A DNA stretch of 63,588 bases, filler included, from Octopus bimaculoides (lineage: Eukaryota): assembly GCF_001194135.2 (NCBI RefSeq). It is 7 parts of 6 records of this genome, joined end to end, with 100 filler letters (N's around TTAATTAATTAA, not from the genome) between each part and the next. Parts side by side here need not be neighbours in the genome. Positions count along the whole stretch, not along the records: positions 25,958 to 39,858 come from NC_068991.1; positions 39,959 to 49,600 come from NC_068987.1; positions 49,701 to 57,672 come from NC_068981.1; 4 more parts are not named here. The stretch is one strand, 5' to 3'. Positions 37,438 through 50,899 of the stretch are shown here, piece by piece. Each line of letters opens with the position of its first letter. The first letter of the stretch is position 1. A program made the position numbers and the translations under genes. A model generated the notes under the pieces. That model was not told the origin of the DNA. It saw only the letters and a list, made by a program, of their open reading frames with translations, and made no database searches.

Positions 37438-38734
37438 TATTTCCAAAGGTGAATTATTCAAACCCCAAAGAATTCCTCTCAACACATGGCTATGATACTC
37501 CCCCACTACTTCTGCTCAGGGTCAGAGATGCACATATCGTCAGCCACTAAGGGACATGCTCAACTGGTTAAGGTCAAGCAACTGACAGGCAAATCTGTGG
37601 TATTAAGCAGAATATTTGCTGTAACCCATCTTTTTATACCAAGACAAAACAATGTACATGATAACACTTCCAATCAATNNNNNNNNNNNNNNNNNNNNNN
37701 NNNNNNNNNNNNNNNNNNNNNNNNNNNNNNNNNNNNNNNNNNNNNNNNNNNNNNNNNNNNNNNNNNNNNNNNNNNNNNNNNNNNNNNNNNNNNNNNNNNN
37801 NNNNNNNNNNNNNNNNNNNNNNNNNNNNNNNNNNNNNNNNNNNNNNNNNNNNNNNNNNNNNNNNNNNNNNNNNNNNNNNNNNNNNNNNNNNNNNNNNNNN
37901 NNNNNNNNNNNNNNNNNNNNNNNNNNNNNNNNNNNNNNNNNNNNNNNNNNNNNNNNNNNNNNNNNNNNNNNNNNNNNNNNNNNNNNNNNNNNNNNNNNNN
38001 NNNNNNNNNNNNNNNNNNNNNNNNNNNNNNNNNNNNNNNNNNNNNNNNNNNNNNNNNNNNNNNNNNNNNNNNNNNNNNNNNNNNNNNNNNNNNNNNNNNN
38101 NNNNNNNNNNNNNNNNNNNNNNNNNNNNNNNNNNNNNNNNNNNNNNNNNNNNNNNNNNNNNNNNNNNNNNNNNNNNNNNNNNNNNNNNNNNNNNNNNNNN
38201 NNNNNNNNNNNNNNNNNNNNNNNNNNNNNNNNNNNNNNNNNNNNNNNNNNNNNNNNNNNNNNNNNNNNNNNNNNNNNNNNNNNNNNNNNNNNNNNNNNNN
38301 NNNNNNNNNNNNNNNNNNNNNNNNNNNNNNNNNNNNNNNNNNNNNNNNNNNNNNNNNNNNNNNNNNNNNNNNNNNNNNNNNNNNNNNNNNNNNNNNNNNN
38401 NNNNNNNNNNNNNNNNNNNNNNNNNNNNNNNNNNNNNNNNNNNNNNNNNNNNNNNNNNNNNNNNNNNNNNNNNNNNNNNNNNNNNNNNNNNNNNNNNNNN
38501 NNNNNNNNNNNNNNNNNNNNNNNNNNNNNNNNNNNNNNNNNNNNNNNNNNNNNNNNAATATTGTAAACAAAAAATTATGAACATAGAAAGAAATTATACA
38601 TTAATCCCTATTTTTGTAAGCAGTTGTATCCATAAAAATTTTATTTGAAGAGAGCAGAAATTGAAAGAAGAGAAAGCGAAAAGAACAGAGAAAGAAAGTG
38701 AAAGATGTATGTACGTCTATATGAAATGGACGTT

Positions 38735-38770
<36 letters not shown>

Positions 38771-39823
38771 CGTGTGTGTGTATGTGTGTGTCTGCGTGCG
38801 TGCTTGCGCATGTGTATGTAAGAGAGAAAGGGGTAAGAAAGAGAGATAGAGTGAGTGAGTGAAGGTGTGTGTCGCGATGATTGATGTCTTTTAAGGTACA
38901 CACACATATAGAAAAAGTGACGTCATCGTATAAAATTTTTACGATAGTCGATTGATGGAAAAGATTATTGCTAAATTTTTGAAATGCAAATATATGAATG
39001 GAAATTAAGTTTAACTTGTAGCCACAACAGTACTGGATCTTTTGATACCCCATCGGTTTTGGGAAGTGTAAGGAATATATAATATATAACAGCATCTCAC
39101 ATAATAATAGAGATATAAGACCTGGTAGAAATAGTAGCCAAATCTCCCTCAAAACACCCTGATGTCTTAATCCAACAATTCTGCCTATTATGTAGTTTGA
39201 ATGAGAAACGGTAACTAAAGAATAAGATTATTAAACCCATAGAGAGAGGAAAGAAGAGAGACAGCATAGCGACGGTTTGGGCTGACTGTCNNNNNNNNNN
39301 AAAGCTCTACAGAAAAGACAATTTGTGTTTAGCACACCAATTTGGACAGAATTATTATTTTTATAAGAATGGGATGGATGATATCTGAAAACAGCTTCAT
39401 GAGTTTTGAAGGACGAATTTGCACGTAGTCTGTTTCTGAGAGCTATTCTATTGGACCTCTGTCTAATCATTAAAACATTGATTTAATGATCCAGCATTAA
39501 GTGCTGCAACATGCATTTGCTGATCTTGAGAAAATCTCATCTAGCTACTCTCTTCAGACTCTCGTCTTCGGTTTTCTACAATCCTCCTTCCTCTATACTT
39601 GTTTCTGGAGAGATTACGTCTTTTCTTTGATGGCATATTCTTCCCAATATTGTAAACAAAAAATTATGAACATAGAAAGAAATTATACATTAATCCCTAT
39701 TTTTGTAAGCAGTTGTATCCATAAAAATTTTATTTGAAGAGAGCAGAAATTGAAAGAAGAGAAAGCGAAAAGAACAGAGAAAGAAAGTGAAAGATGTATG
39801 TACGTCTATATGAAATGGACGTT

Positions 39824-39854
<31 letters not shown>

Positions 39855-39858
39855 GTGT

Positions 39859-39958
39859 NNNNNNNNNNNNNNNNNNNNNNNNNNNNNNNNNNNNNNNNNN
39901 NNTTAATTAATTAANNNNNNNNNNNNNNNNNNNNNNNNNNNNNNNNNNNNNNNNNNNN
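39859..39958. other. Artificial scaffold linker N44-TTAATTAATTAA-N44
   Basis: Same 100-nt structure. Confidence 0.95.
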
Positions 39959-39989
<31 letters not shown>

Positions 39990-39990
39990 T

Positions 39991-40137
39991 ACGACGGGCT
40001 TCTTTCAGTTTCCGTCTACCAAATCCACTTACAAGGCTTTGGTCGGCTCGAGGCTTTAGTAGAAGACACTTGCCCAAGGTGCCACACAGTGGGAATGAAC
40101 CCGGAACCATGTGCTTGGGAAGCAAGCTACTTACTAC
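39991..40137 (-). mobile_element. SINE family B head
   Basis: Reverse complement of 34064-34218. Confidence 0.75.
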
Positions 40138-40577
40138 AATAGAATTTACCATAAGAATCAGTGCATGATTCAGCAAAATGGCAATGTGAAAATTATAAAA
40201 TAACGAAGGCGGCTATAAGCAATATAAGACCAAAAAGGAAGAATTCAATTGTCACTAATATTGCTAGAAATATGGGTAAAAAAAAAAACCCTTAGGACGG
40301 TTAGGACGAAAGATCTGCCAACTCCAACTAATGCCTTTACAAGCCAGCTGATGTGAGCTCTGTAGCCAATTGTTTCAATCATTTCACGCAAAAATCGGTC
40401 TGTTAGCGATCAGAGGCACCGACATAAATGAGGAAACACAAACGAAGAAAAGAATACTTGGAAACAAAGAGGAACCGACGATGATAGCCAAATGAATCCA
40501 TGTACATCTATAGTTGGAACACCATCATCAAGCTTTGTTGCTTCTATAATCTGTGGCCTGTCTTAGCACAATCACTT

Positions 40578-41110
40578 GGTCCTTGAATACTTGGGTACCC
40601 TTAACGAAGTGCCAATTCTATAGTTTCTTCTATTTCTCTAATTATCAGATTTGGAGAACCTATAAAAAAAATAACTCATAGCTGGTGCACAATTGGTCCT
40701 TGGATACTTGGGTACCCTCAACGAAGTACGTTCTCTTGGAAGCATTCGAACCAATTCTACCGTTTCTTTTATTTCTCAACTCCTCAAACGTGGAGAACCT
40801 ATGAAAAATAACTCACAGCCAGTGCACAACCAACGGGTCCTTGGATATTTGGGTACCCTCAACGAAGTACGCTCTCTTGGAAGCATTCGAGCCAATTCTA
40901 CCGTTTCTTTTATTTCTCAACTCCTCAGACGTGGAGAACCTATGAAAAATAACTCACAGCCAGTGCACAACCATAACTGGTGCACAATTGGTCCTTGGAT
41001 ATTTGGGTACCCTTAACGAAATATGCTCTCTTGGCAGCATTCGTACCAATTCTATAGTTTATTCTATTTCTCTCATCATCAAACTGGGAAAATCTACAGG
41101 AAAAAAAAAT
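40578..41110. repeat. Four-unit tandem repeat, core period 141 bp
   Basis: GGTCCTTG(A/G)ATA(C/T)TTGGGTACCCT recurs at 40578, 40695, 40836 and 40990 (spacings 117, 141, 154). Units 2 and 3 are nearly identical. Confidence 0.92.
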
Positions 41111-41583
41111 GCTCATGTCTAGTGCATCTCTTCTCATTGATTAAATCATAGAAGGCAAAGTAAACAGGTTTTGTGTTTGAATACCAGCATCGTATCTGCA
41201 TGACTTTTCTTTTTATGGGTGTATTTTACTGATGCACTCTTTACTCTGCGACCTTGTGTATACATCACCGTTTCACCTGGATTTTTAACTTCTGCCTGGC
41301 TCAACATACCACACAGGGCTTGAGATGTCAGAAAATATATTAAAACTTGCTTGCGATAATTTGTGCATTATGCAAGAGAGAACATGAATAAAAGTAGAGC
41401 AAAAAGAAAAAAAATCACTCCACTGACGTGCGGTTGCTGTTCGCCTTGAAAGTGTTAGCTTAGAACCAGCTTCATTGCTTGAGGGAAGAAAGGAAAGAAG
41501 AAAGGAAGGAAGGAAGGAAGGAAGTAAATCATAGAAATGTAAATATGTATTTGTGTGAGGTAGATGCAAATGTAAATGTATGC

Positions 41584-41668
<85 letters not shown>

Positions 41669-42001
41669 CACTTATGTATATATATATATGTAAGTATATA
41701 TATATATGTATATATATATAAATACATATGTATATATATATATATGTTTATATATATATATACATATATATATATATACATATTTAATTTATATATACAT
41801 ACATACATATATATATATATTTATATAATATATATGCATATTCATATAATATACATATATACATATTTATATTATATATATGCATACATGCATATTAATA
41901 TAATATATATACATATACATATTTATATAATATATATATATATACATAAACATGCATATTTATATAATATATATATATATACACATACATATTAATATTA
42001 C

Positions 42002-42034
<33 letters not shown>

Positions 42035-42387
42035 NNNNNNNNNNNNNNNNNNNNNNNNNNNNNNNNNNNNNNNNNNNNNNNNNNNNNNNNNNNNNNNNNN
42101 NNNNNNNNNNNNNNNNNNNNNNNNNNNNNNNNNNNNNNNNNNNNNNNNNNNNNNNNNNNNNNNNNNNNNNNNNNNNNNNNNNNNNNNNNNNNNNNNNNNN
42201 NNNNNNNNNNNNNNNNNNNNNNNNNNNNNNNNNNNNNNNNNNNNNNNNNNNNNNNNNNNNNNNNNNNNNNNNNNNNNNNNNNNNNNNNNNNNNNNNNNNN
42301 NNNNNNNNNNNNNNNNNNNNNNNNNNNNNNNNNNNNNNNNNNNNNNNNNNNNNNNNNNNNNNNNNNNNNNNNNNNNNNNNNNNNNNN

Positions 42388-42422
<35 letters not shown>

Positions 42423-43072
42423 CATATATACATATTTAAACATATGTATGTGTGTATGTATGCATTATGTATCTATAGATACCTACATACACGCACATTC
42501 ACATACATGCATACATACATACATACATACATACATACATACATACATACATACATACATACATACACGTATTACAAAATATACATATTTCTGCATGTTG
42601 AGGCAAAACCCGTTAGGCGGTAGTGGTGGAAGTTTTCTTAGCAAAGATTGCAGTAATAATTAATGCATCATTTATATTAGAGGTTAGTCCTGACTAACCG
42701 CAGACAGCCGTTTCTCATTTAGCAGACGTTATTTCTCCGAACAAGTTTGTTACTGAACATCTTTCAGCACTTTGTAAAGTCTTTGTTGATTATATAACGG
42801 AGAAGAGAGAAAACTTATGGTGAGGAACGCGACATCTTTTCCTTCATTTTATTCCATTTTGTTTTGTTTTTTCTTAACACAAACACACTTTCTGAACTGC
42901 TTCAGTACTTATTTATTGGGGGTAGATGTATGTATGTATGTATGTATGTATGTATGTATGTATGTATGTATGTATGTATGTACGTATGTATGTATGTATG
43001 TACGTGTGTGTGTACATTTGTTTGTAAGTATGAATATATTTTTATGTGTGCATATATTCTTCTTCAATTCTT

Positions 43073-43180
43073 CTACTTGTTTCAGTCATTTGACTGCGGC
43101 CATGCTGGAGCACCGCCTTTAGTCGAGCAAATCGACCCCAGCACTTATTCTTTGTAAGCCTAGCACTTTTTCTATCGGGT
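43073..43180 (-). mobile_element. Interspersed repeat (putative family B tail)
   Basis: Reverse-complement match to 45640-45850 and 62215-62410 (GGTCGATTTGCTCGACTAAAGG..GTCAAATGACTGAAACAAGTA). Confidence 0.75.
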
Positions 43181-43839
43181 NNNNNNNNNNNNNNNNNNNN
43201 NNNNNNNNNNNNNNNNNNNNNNNNNNNNNNNNNNNNNNNNNNNNNNNNNNNNNNNNNNNNNNNNNNNNNNNNNNNNNNNNNNNNNNNNNNNNNNNNNNNN
43301 NNNNNNNNNNNNNNNNNNNNNNNNNNNNNNNNNNNNNNNNNNNNNNNNNNNNNNNNNNNNNNNNNNNNNNNNNNNNNNNNNNNNNNNNNNNNNNNNNNNN
43401 NNNNNNNNNNNNNNNNNNNNNNNNNNNNNNNNNNNNNNNNNNNNNNNNNNNNNNNNNNNNNNNNNNNNNNNNNNNNNNNNNNNNNNNNNNNNNNNNNNNN
43501 NNNNNNNNNNNNNNNNNNNNNNNNNNNNNNNNNNNNNNNNNNNNNNNNNNNNNNNNNNNNNNNNNNNNNNNNNNNNNNNNNNNNNNNNNNNNNNNNNNNN
43601 NNNNNNNNNNNNNNNNNNNNNNNNNNNNNNNNNNNNNNNNNNNNNNNNNNNNNNNNNNNNNNNNNNNNNNNNNNNNNNNNNNNNNNNNNNNNNNNNNNNN
43701 NNNNNNNNNNNNNNNNNNNNNNNNNNNNNNNNNNNNNNNNNNNNNNNNNNNNNNNNNNNNNNNNNNNNNNNNNNNNNNNNNNNNNNNNNNNNNNNNNNNN
43801 NNNNNNNNNNNNNNNNNNNNNNNNNNNNNNNTATATATA

Positions 43840-43875
<36 letters not shown>

Positions 43876-45150
43876 CATTATTTATGCGCCCTTTTAAAGC
43901 CTATCCAGGCTCATGGGCCAGGTTTTCTGGTTTCTATGGCGTGTGTGTTTATTTAAATAGTTAATAACATAATTTTTTTTTAAATACATATGTGTGAGTG
44001 AGTGTTCGTGTGTATGTATGTATTTATGTATGTGTGCATCTATGTGTGTATAACCTTATACACAAGCACATCTTTTTCTTTTTAAAGCGCTTTAATTTAT
44101 ATATGCTTGGTGTTAGTCTCTTTACAGCATACGCATATAATTCTATACATATACACGCACACGCATATACACGCACACGCATATACACGCACACATACAT
44201 ATGCATACATACATATATACATATGTATACATATGCATGTATATGTGTGTATATATATATATATATAATATTAGGGATAAAAATCCAAATTTACAGGTAA
44301 AAACTCCATTAAATTCAATTTATTAAAAATTATAATTAAATGAAGTTTCACAGTATATAATATATAAATATATAGTTTAGAGAAAAGAACCAAAGTTCAT
44401 GAACTCATNNNNNNNNNNTATATATATATATACTTATAACTAAGTATATACATACATTCAAACATACATAAAACACGCATATGTATATGTATATATATAT
44501 AATACATACGTTCATGGGTATAGCACACACATACACACACACCTTTTCCTTTTCAAATAACCCCAATTGTTTTGATTTATATATGCATAGTGTCATTTCC
44601 TTTGCAAAATACGTTTATATATTCACGTATGTATATATAATTATATGCGCGCGCGTGTGTGTGTGTCTGTGCCTGCGCGTGCGTGCGCGTATGGCCAAAT
44701 ACAGTATATTCAAATACAGGTATGATAAATATCTTGCAACATAAATTCTTGATTTATTAAAAGGATTCTCATAATTACCAAATGGCAATTAAGACCTTGA
44801 GAAAGGGAAATAATCTCACGAATCAAGAATTCTCCAAAACTGATGTGCCAAACAGGAAAAGAGCAGGCTTATTGTCTGGGGACAAGTAGAAAGTCGTGAA
44901 CACATGTTTCTGCATCAATAAGTGTCATTAGCACGACAATTGTTCAACCCTATCGCCTGCAGTCAAGGGACATAAACGTACAAAAAGAGAAGAGTATATT
45001 TATGGCATGGATAATTTGCATAATTTAAGCAAAAAATTGAGTCAAGGGAAATAACTCAGAGTAGCTTGTAAAATGTATTTGAACAACATAGACAATTCTA
45101 GGTGTATCAAATACGACTCTGCCAGCTCACCGCCATTTTTTTTTTTTTTA

Positions 45151-45365
45151 CTCTAGGCACAAGGCCCGAAATTTCTGGACAGTGGTGGGGGGGTGCCAGT
45201 CGATTAGATCGACCCCAGTACGCAACTGGTACTTAATTTATCGACCCCGAGAGGATGAAAGGCAAAGTCGACCTCGGCGAAATTTGAACTCAGAACGTAG
45301 CGACGGACGAAATACCGCTAAGCAGTTCGCCCGGCGTGCTAACGACTCTGCCAGCTCGTCGCCTT
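45151..45365 (-). mobile_element. SINE family A, near full-length copy
   Basis: High-identity reverse-complement match to the 30596 and 33042 copies. Confidence 0.85.
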
Positions 45366-45639
45366 TTGATTAGAAAGGATAAAATAAATAAATAAATAAA
45401 TAAATAAATAAAGATTATATACATNNNNNNNNNNNNNNNNNNNNNNNNNNNNNNNNNNNNNNNNNNNNNNNNNNNNNNNNNNNNNNNNNNNNNNNNNNNN
45501 NNNNNNNNNNNNNNNNNNNNNNNNNNNNNNNNNNNNNNNNNNNNNNNNNNNNNNNNNNNNNNNNNNNNNNNNNNNNNNNNNNNNNNNNNNNNNNNNNNNN
45601 NNNNNNNNNNNNNNNNTGTATGTATGTATGTATATGTTT

Positions 45640-45850
45640 GTGTATCTGTCTTTGTACCCCCACCATCACCCGACAACCGATGTTGGTGTGTTTACGTCCC
45701 CGTGACTTAGCAGTTCAGCAAAAGAGAGCGATAGAATAGGTACTAGGCTTACAAAGAATAAATCCTGGTGGGTGGTCGATTTGCTCGACTAAAGGTGGTG
45801 CTCCAGTATGGTCACAGTCAAATGAGTGAAACAAGTAAAAGAATAAAAGA
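45640..45850 (+). mobile_element. Interspersed repeat (putative family B tail) following a (TG/TA)n tract
   Basis: GACAACCGATGTTGGTGTGTTTACGTC...GAAACAAGTAAAAGA, shared with 62215-62410. Confidence 0.8.
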
Positions 45851-46373
45851 AAATACATTCATACATTACACACACAGATATTTATTTATTTATTTATTTA
45901 TGTGTTTCAGCCAAGTGGCTGCGGTCATGCTGGTGCACCACCGTAATTCCAAACACTGAAACAAATATAAAAAGGAAACTAACAGCGATATGGATTGGAA
46001 ACCAGAACGCAAAAGGACGCGACTTAAAACTCATAAATCGTTATATAGGGGATGCTAACATCATAAATTCTAACATCATAAATGCTAACATCACAAAGAA
46101 ATATTGATTTCTTACATTGACACGAGACCACATATACAGAGTCGATCAAATCAAATCAGTACTTAAATGGTACATTATTTTATCGACCTCGGTAGGTGAA
46201 AAGTTGATCTCGACAAGATTTGAGTTCAGTAGGTCAAGGGACGTAATTTATATAACTTAAAACTTGCAATATATTTTACCTGGTTCAAAAGAATACTAGT
46301 TACCGCACCCCACCCTATTCTAAGTTGCTTCCCTACCGTATGAAATCGATTTCAAATTAACCCACCCCACTAA

Positions 46374-46432
<59 letters not shown>

Positions 46433-46435
46433 AGA

Positions 46436-47028
<593 letters not shown>

Positions 47029-49354
47029 AATACCTTTTTTATTCGTCACCTGGGTAACGAACGCTTGGGGAAGGATTTGAGGTGGGCTATATGAAATCAT
47101 AGGAATGTAGGATGAAATCGATTCCAGATTACCCCCTACCCAACAGTAATTTGAGATTGATTTCGTCCTACCCACCCATTCTCCGGTAATCAAAGCGCAA
47201 TTTCATGTTGCTGGGAGGTTGAGCTAAACGGGTGGTAATCTGAAATCGTTACAGCAGCGCTCTACACATTCTGTTATCTAACAAATATATTGATGAATGA
47301 TCCGTTTAAAATAACAATTATATCTATTTAATCTCCTTTAACCCTACTTTTTTTTCCTTCGTTTTAATATTTCTTTTTTTTTTTTCTTTTTGCTTCTTTT
47401 GCTGCACAAAAAAAACCGCAACTTTTGCTGAAAATGAAAATAGACTGACTGGCTCGAACCATCTTCGGAATTTTCCTGTACATCTTCAATTTCGTTACCA
47501 ACTTCATCGTAGTTTATAACAGAAGATACAAAATAACAGGCCTACCATAAAGGATAAAAGATGAGCCGGTATGGCATTTCTTCTTTTCCATTCAATTTCT
47601 TTTATCATTTTTCTCGATAGATTTTCTGTACATAAATTCCCTCTATACACTCTATTTGCAGAAAAAAATAAAGGGGAAGGATTTCCTGACGGACCGTTTT
47701 ACGATTAGTTAATCAATCACAGCGTTCAATATCTCATCGCGTTCGGCTTAACGGCCGGCCCTTAATGTTGTTTTCACTGCTTAATTTTTACTGTCTTGGA
47801 ACCCTCCGCTTAAGAGCTTAATCCAATTCGCGGGAAGAGCTATTCTAAGAGCGCGTTCTGCCTCATCTTCGAAACGCCTAGTTTAGAATAGAGGCAGCTG
47901 ATGAAGGAAAAGTTCCATATGTGGCTCGTCTGTTTTCCTATGTGTTCATTCTGTTGTCCGTAAAAAAAGTCCGTCTTTTTGTGCTTTGTTTATGTTCTCG
48001 TTTCTTTTTTGACGTCCTGTACCCAGATATGCATCTATATATACATGTAGATGTAGGTATGTACATATATGTATATATACATGCATATGCTCATATATCA
48101 TTTGTATTATATATATATATATATATNNNNNNNNNNNNNNNNNNNNNNNNNNNNNNNNNNNNNNNNNNNNNNNNNNNNNNNNNNNNNNNNNNNNNNNNNN
48201 NNNNNNNNNNNNNNNNNNNNNNNNNNNNNNNNNNNNNNNNNNNNNNNNNNNNNNNNNNNNNNNNNNNNNNNNNNNNNNNNNNNNNNNNNNNNNNNNNNNN
48301 NNNNNNNNNNNNNNNNNNNNNNNNNNNNNNNNNNNNNNNNNNNNNNNNNNNNNNNNNNNNNNNNNNNNNNNNNNNNNNNNNNNNNNNNNNNNNNNNNNNN
48401 NNNNNNNNNNNNNNNNNNNNNNNNNNNNAGCTCTCTCTCTCTATATATATATATATACTTTACTTTCTCTCCCTCTCTTCACAATGCGATAAACGATTCT
48501 TAACAAATTACTGCACAACAGGAACACGGCTTTCGCTTCTTTCTTTCTTTTTTTCTCTGTTCTCTGTTCTACGCCCTTCCCCCGCAAAACAAGGGTGTTC
48601 AACCAAATTATTAACAATTGATTTGCAGAAATATAAATAAAAGAAAAAAAACACAACAAAAACAACAAAAAAACTATAAATAATTACACAAAAAGAGAAA
48701 TCAATTAACAATAAAAACAACAACAACAATAGGAAGAGGAGAATTTCAACGCGTGCTGTGGAGCAAAACATCAACTGTTGCCGTTTTTCAGTGAGATTTT
48801 GTCTGGTTCGTTAGCTTCTGTTTTTACTTTTGGCAACGCCTATGCAAACACGCCATTTTTTCTGAGGGTTGTTCTCTCCGCACCTCATCTTCTGCTGTTT
48901 AATGCCCCTCCTTTATTTCTTTTTTTTTTCTTTTTATTTGTTTCCTTGGTGAGGCATTTACGAAAGTAAACACCGAGAAACTGATGATAATTGCCTCGTT
49001 TTGTCATGTGATAATTGTCTCACATTCAAAACGGAATGTTTGGACTTTGGATTTATTCTCATCCATGCAAGTTCACAGATATGGCTTTTCACGCCACGCT
49101 TCCACTGCCATAGGACTTAATATAATACAAAACGGATCAAGAACTGAAATGGTAGTAGGATATATGTTCGAATGGCCTTCGAAAAGGTCTGAAAAGCAAC
49201 ATTTTTTGTAAAAGCCTCTCTTTCGTAAAATACAGTCATGGCGGGTAGTTAGGAGATTATCCCACACACGCGCACGCACGCACAGACACATGTATATATG
49301 CGTACGTCCTACTTTAGCGCTGATATTGGTACGAACCTGAAATGTGAGGGCAGA

Positions 49355-49357
49355 TGA

Positions 49358-49389
<32 letters not shown>

Positions 49390-49392
49390 TAA

Positions 49393-49457
<65 letters not shown>

Positions 49458-49468
49458 TAAATAGATAA

Positions 49469-49522
<54 letters not shown>
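49355..49522. repeat. (GATA)n/(GACA)n tetranucleotide array
   Basis: Read directly; a similar (GATA)n array lies at 10013-10075. Confidence 0.95.
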
Positions 49523-49524
<2 letters not shown>

Positions 49525-49600
49525 GCAGACAAATAGACTGAAACAAGTCAACGATAAGATACAGACTTAAAATTGCAATGACCAAATGATAAAATAGCTA

Positions 49601-49700
49601 NNNNNNNNNNNNNNNNNNNNNNNNNNNNNNNNNNNNNNNNNNNNTTAATTAATTAANNNNNNNNNNNNNNNNNNNNNNNNNNNNNNNNNNNNNNNNNNNN
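49601..49700. other. Artificial scaffold linker N44-TTAATTAATTAA-N44
   Basis: Same 100-nt structure. Confidence 0.95.
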
Positions 49701-50524
49701 CAATAACAAGTACAAGCAATATTCAAGTATTTTGATGGCTTTTTCCCCTTTGTTTACGAACAGTCTAGTTAATCGGAAATGTCAGAACTAACGGGGATTA
49801 ATACCATATACACCGTCACAGCAGTTACTGTATTCAACTGAATAGACGTCAGTGATTAGTTGAAATTATCTAAATAAGACAATTTTTAACGTGAAATAAC
49901 TTCGAATACAAAATTTATTATCTGTTCTATACCACAAAATATACAAGTATACGAAGTTTGAAAGTGTTTCGGTACCAAAAACACTACATAAAAAAATGTT
50001 GCCCGTCAAATCACAAAGGTCCCATCATCTGAGTTTATAGCTGGATAGTTCAATGGTATCATACGCCCGTCATGAACATCCGCTAATCTGTAACTGAAAC
50101 TGTCTCCGTTTTGTCCACTTTGCATTCTTTGGCAATTGTCGACTTCAGAAAGATACCAAACCAAGCAAACACTTTAATAATAGTTGACTTTCACACACAA
50201 AAAATAATAATTAATAAATAAAAATTACTGAATTGTTTTCACCATCTGGACGGCATTACCAACCATAGTCATCCACGCGCTAGGTGTGTCACATTCGAAA
50301 CCTTGCCAGCCCAGTAACGAACGTAGGCCACAACATATCAGCTGATCTTATCCTATTTTACTGCTCATCGTTTGTCTGGTTGTATTTATATGATGACGTT
50401 GTCAAACAGAAAATTTCATGCAGTTTCGCACCAAATCATGGTTAGAAATTGAGATGCGCGAGAGGACCGCAGCGGTTTTCTTGGTCAACCGACAGCTATG
50501 CTTCCCTGATATCGTGTTACAAGA

Positions 50525-50660
50525 TCTCCTCTTGCTAAGCATACACTCTCACATTTCACCAAGCACTAAGACTAACATTTTCTCCTCTTGCCCAGCATAA
50601 CATGTTCTCCTTTCGCTAAGCATAACCTTTTCTTTTCTCGCCAAGCACGAACACATTTTC
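50525..50660. repeat. Degenerate ~25-bp minisatellite, about 5 units
   Basis: TCTCCT(C/T)T(T/C)GC(T/C)AAGCATAAC-like units at 50525, 50547, 50581, 50606 and 50631. Confidence 0.6.
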
Positions 50661-50899
50661 ATAAATCGCACAGTAACTACAGGCGGCCTTATAGCTAAGA
50701 TCAATATCAACTACAGGTATTTGATATAACAGTTTATATAAAGTAACAATTGTAACATCAGTTTGTAAATAAACATATTAATAAAATCTGAACATTGTGA
50801 TTGGATTTTTGGAGGTGGAGCAGTATGCAACCAGACCAAATAATACAGCTCCTAGCTAACCAAGTCCACAAGTAAATTTCAATTTGCAGTTAGCTCGAC

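Noticed and set aside
40578-41110. CRISPR-like interpretation of the tandem repeat
   Set aside because: Units are repeated in full with no unique spacers, the period is ~141 bp, the context is eukaryotic and there are no cas genes.
47841-47916. CGAAAC...GCTGATGAAGGAA with complementary blocks TATTCTAA/TTAGAATA and CTGCCTC/GAGGCAG, suggesting a permuted hammerhead
   Set aside because: The boxes cannot be closed into stems I and II in any hammerhead topology. Probably a repeat end with local complementarity.
48690-48774. Signal-peptide-like MFCSTARVEILLFLLLLLFLLLIDFSFC on the minus strand
   Set aside because: The hydrophobic run derives from an (AAC)n-like low-complexity tract and the donor is weak. 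It cannot be linked to the channel without cDNA.
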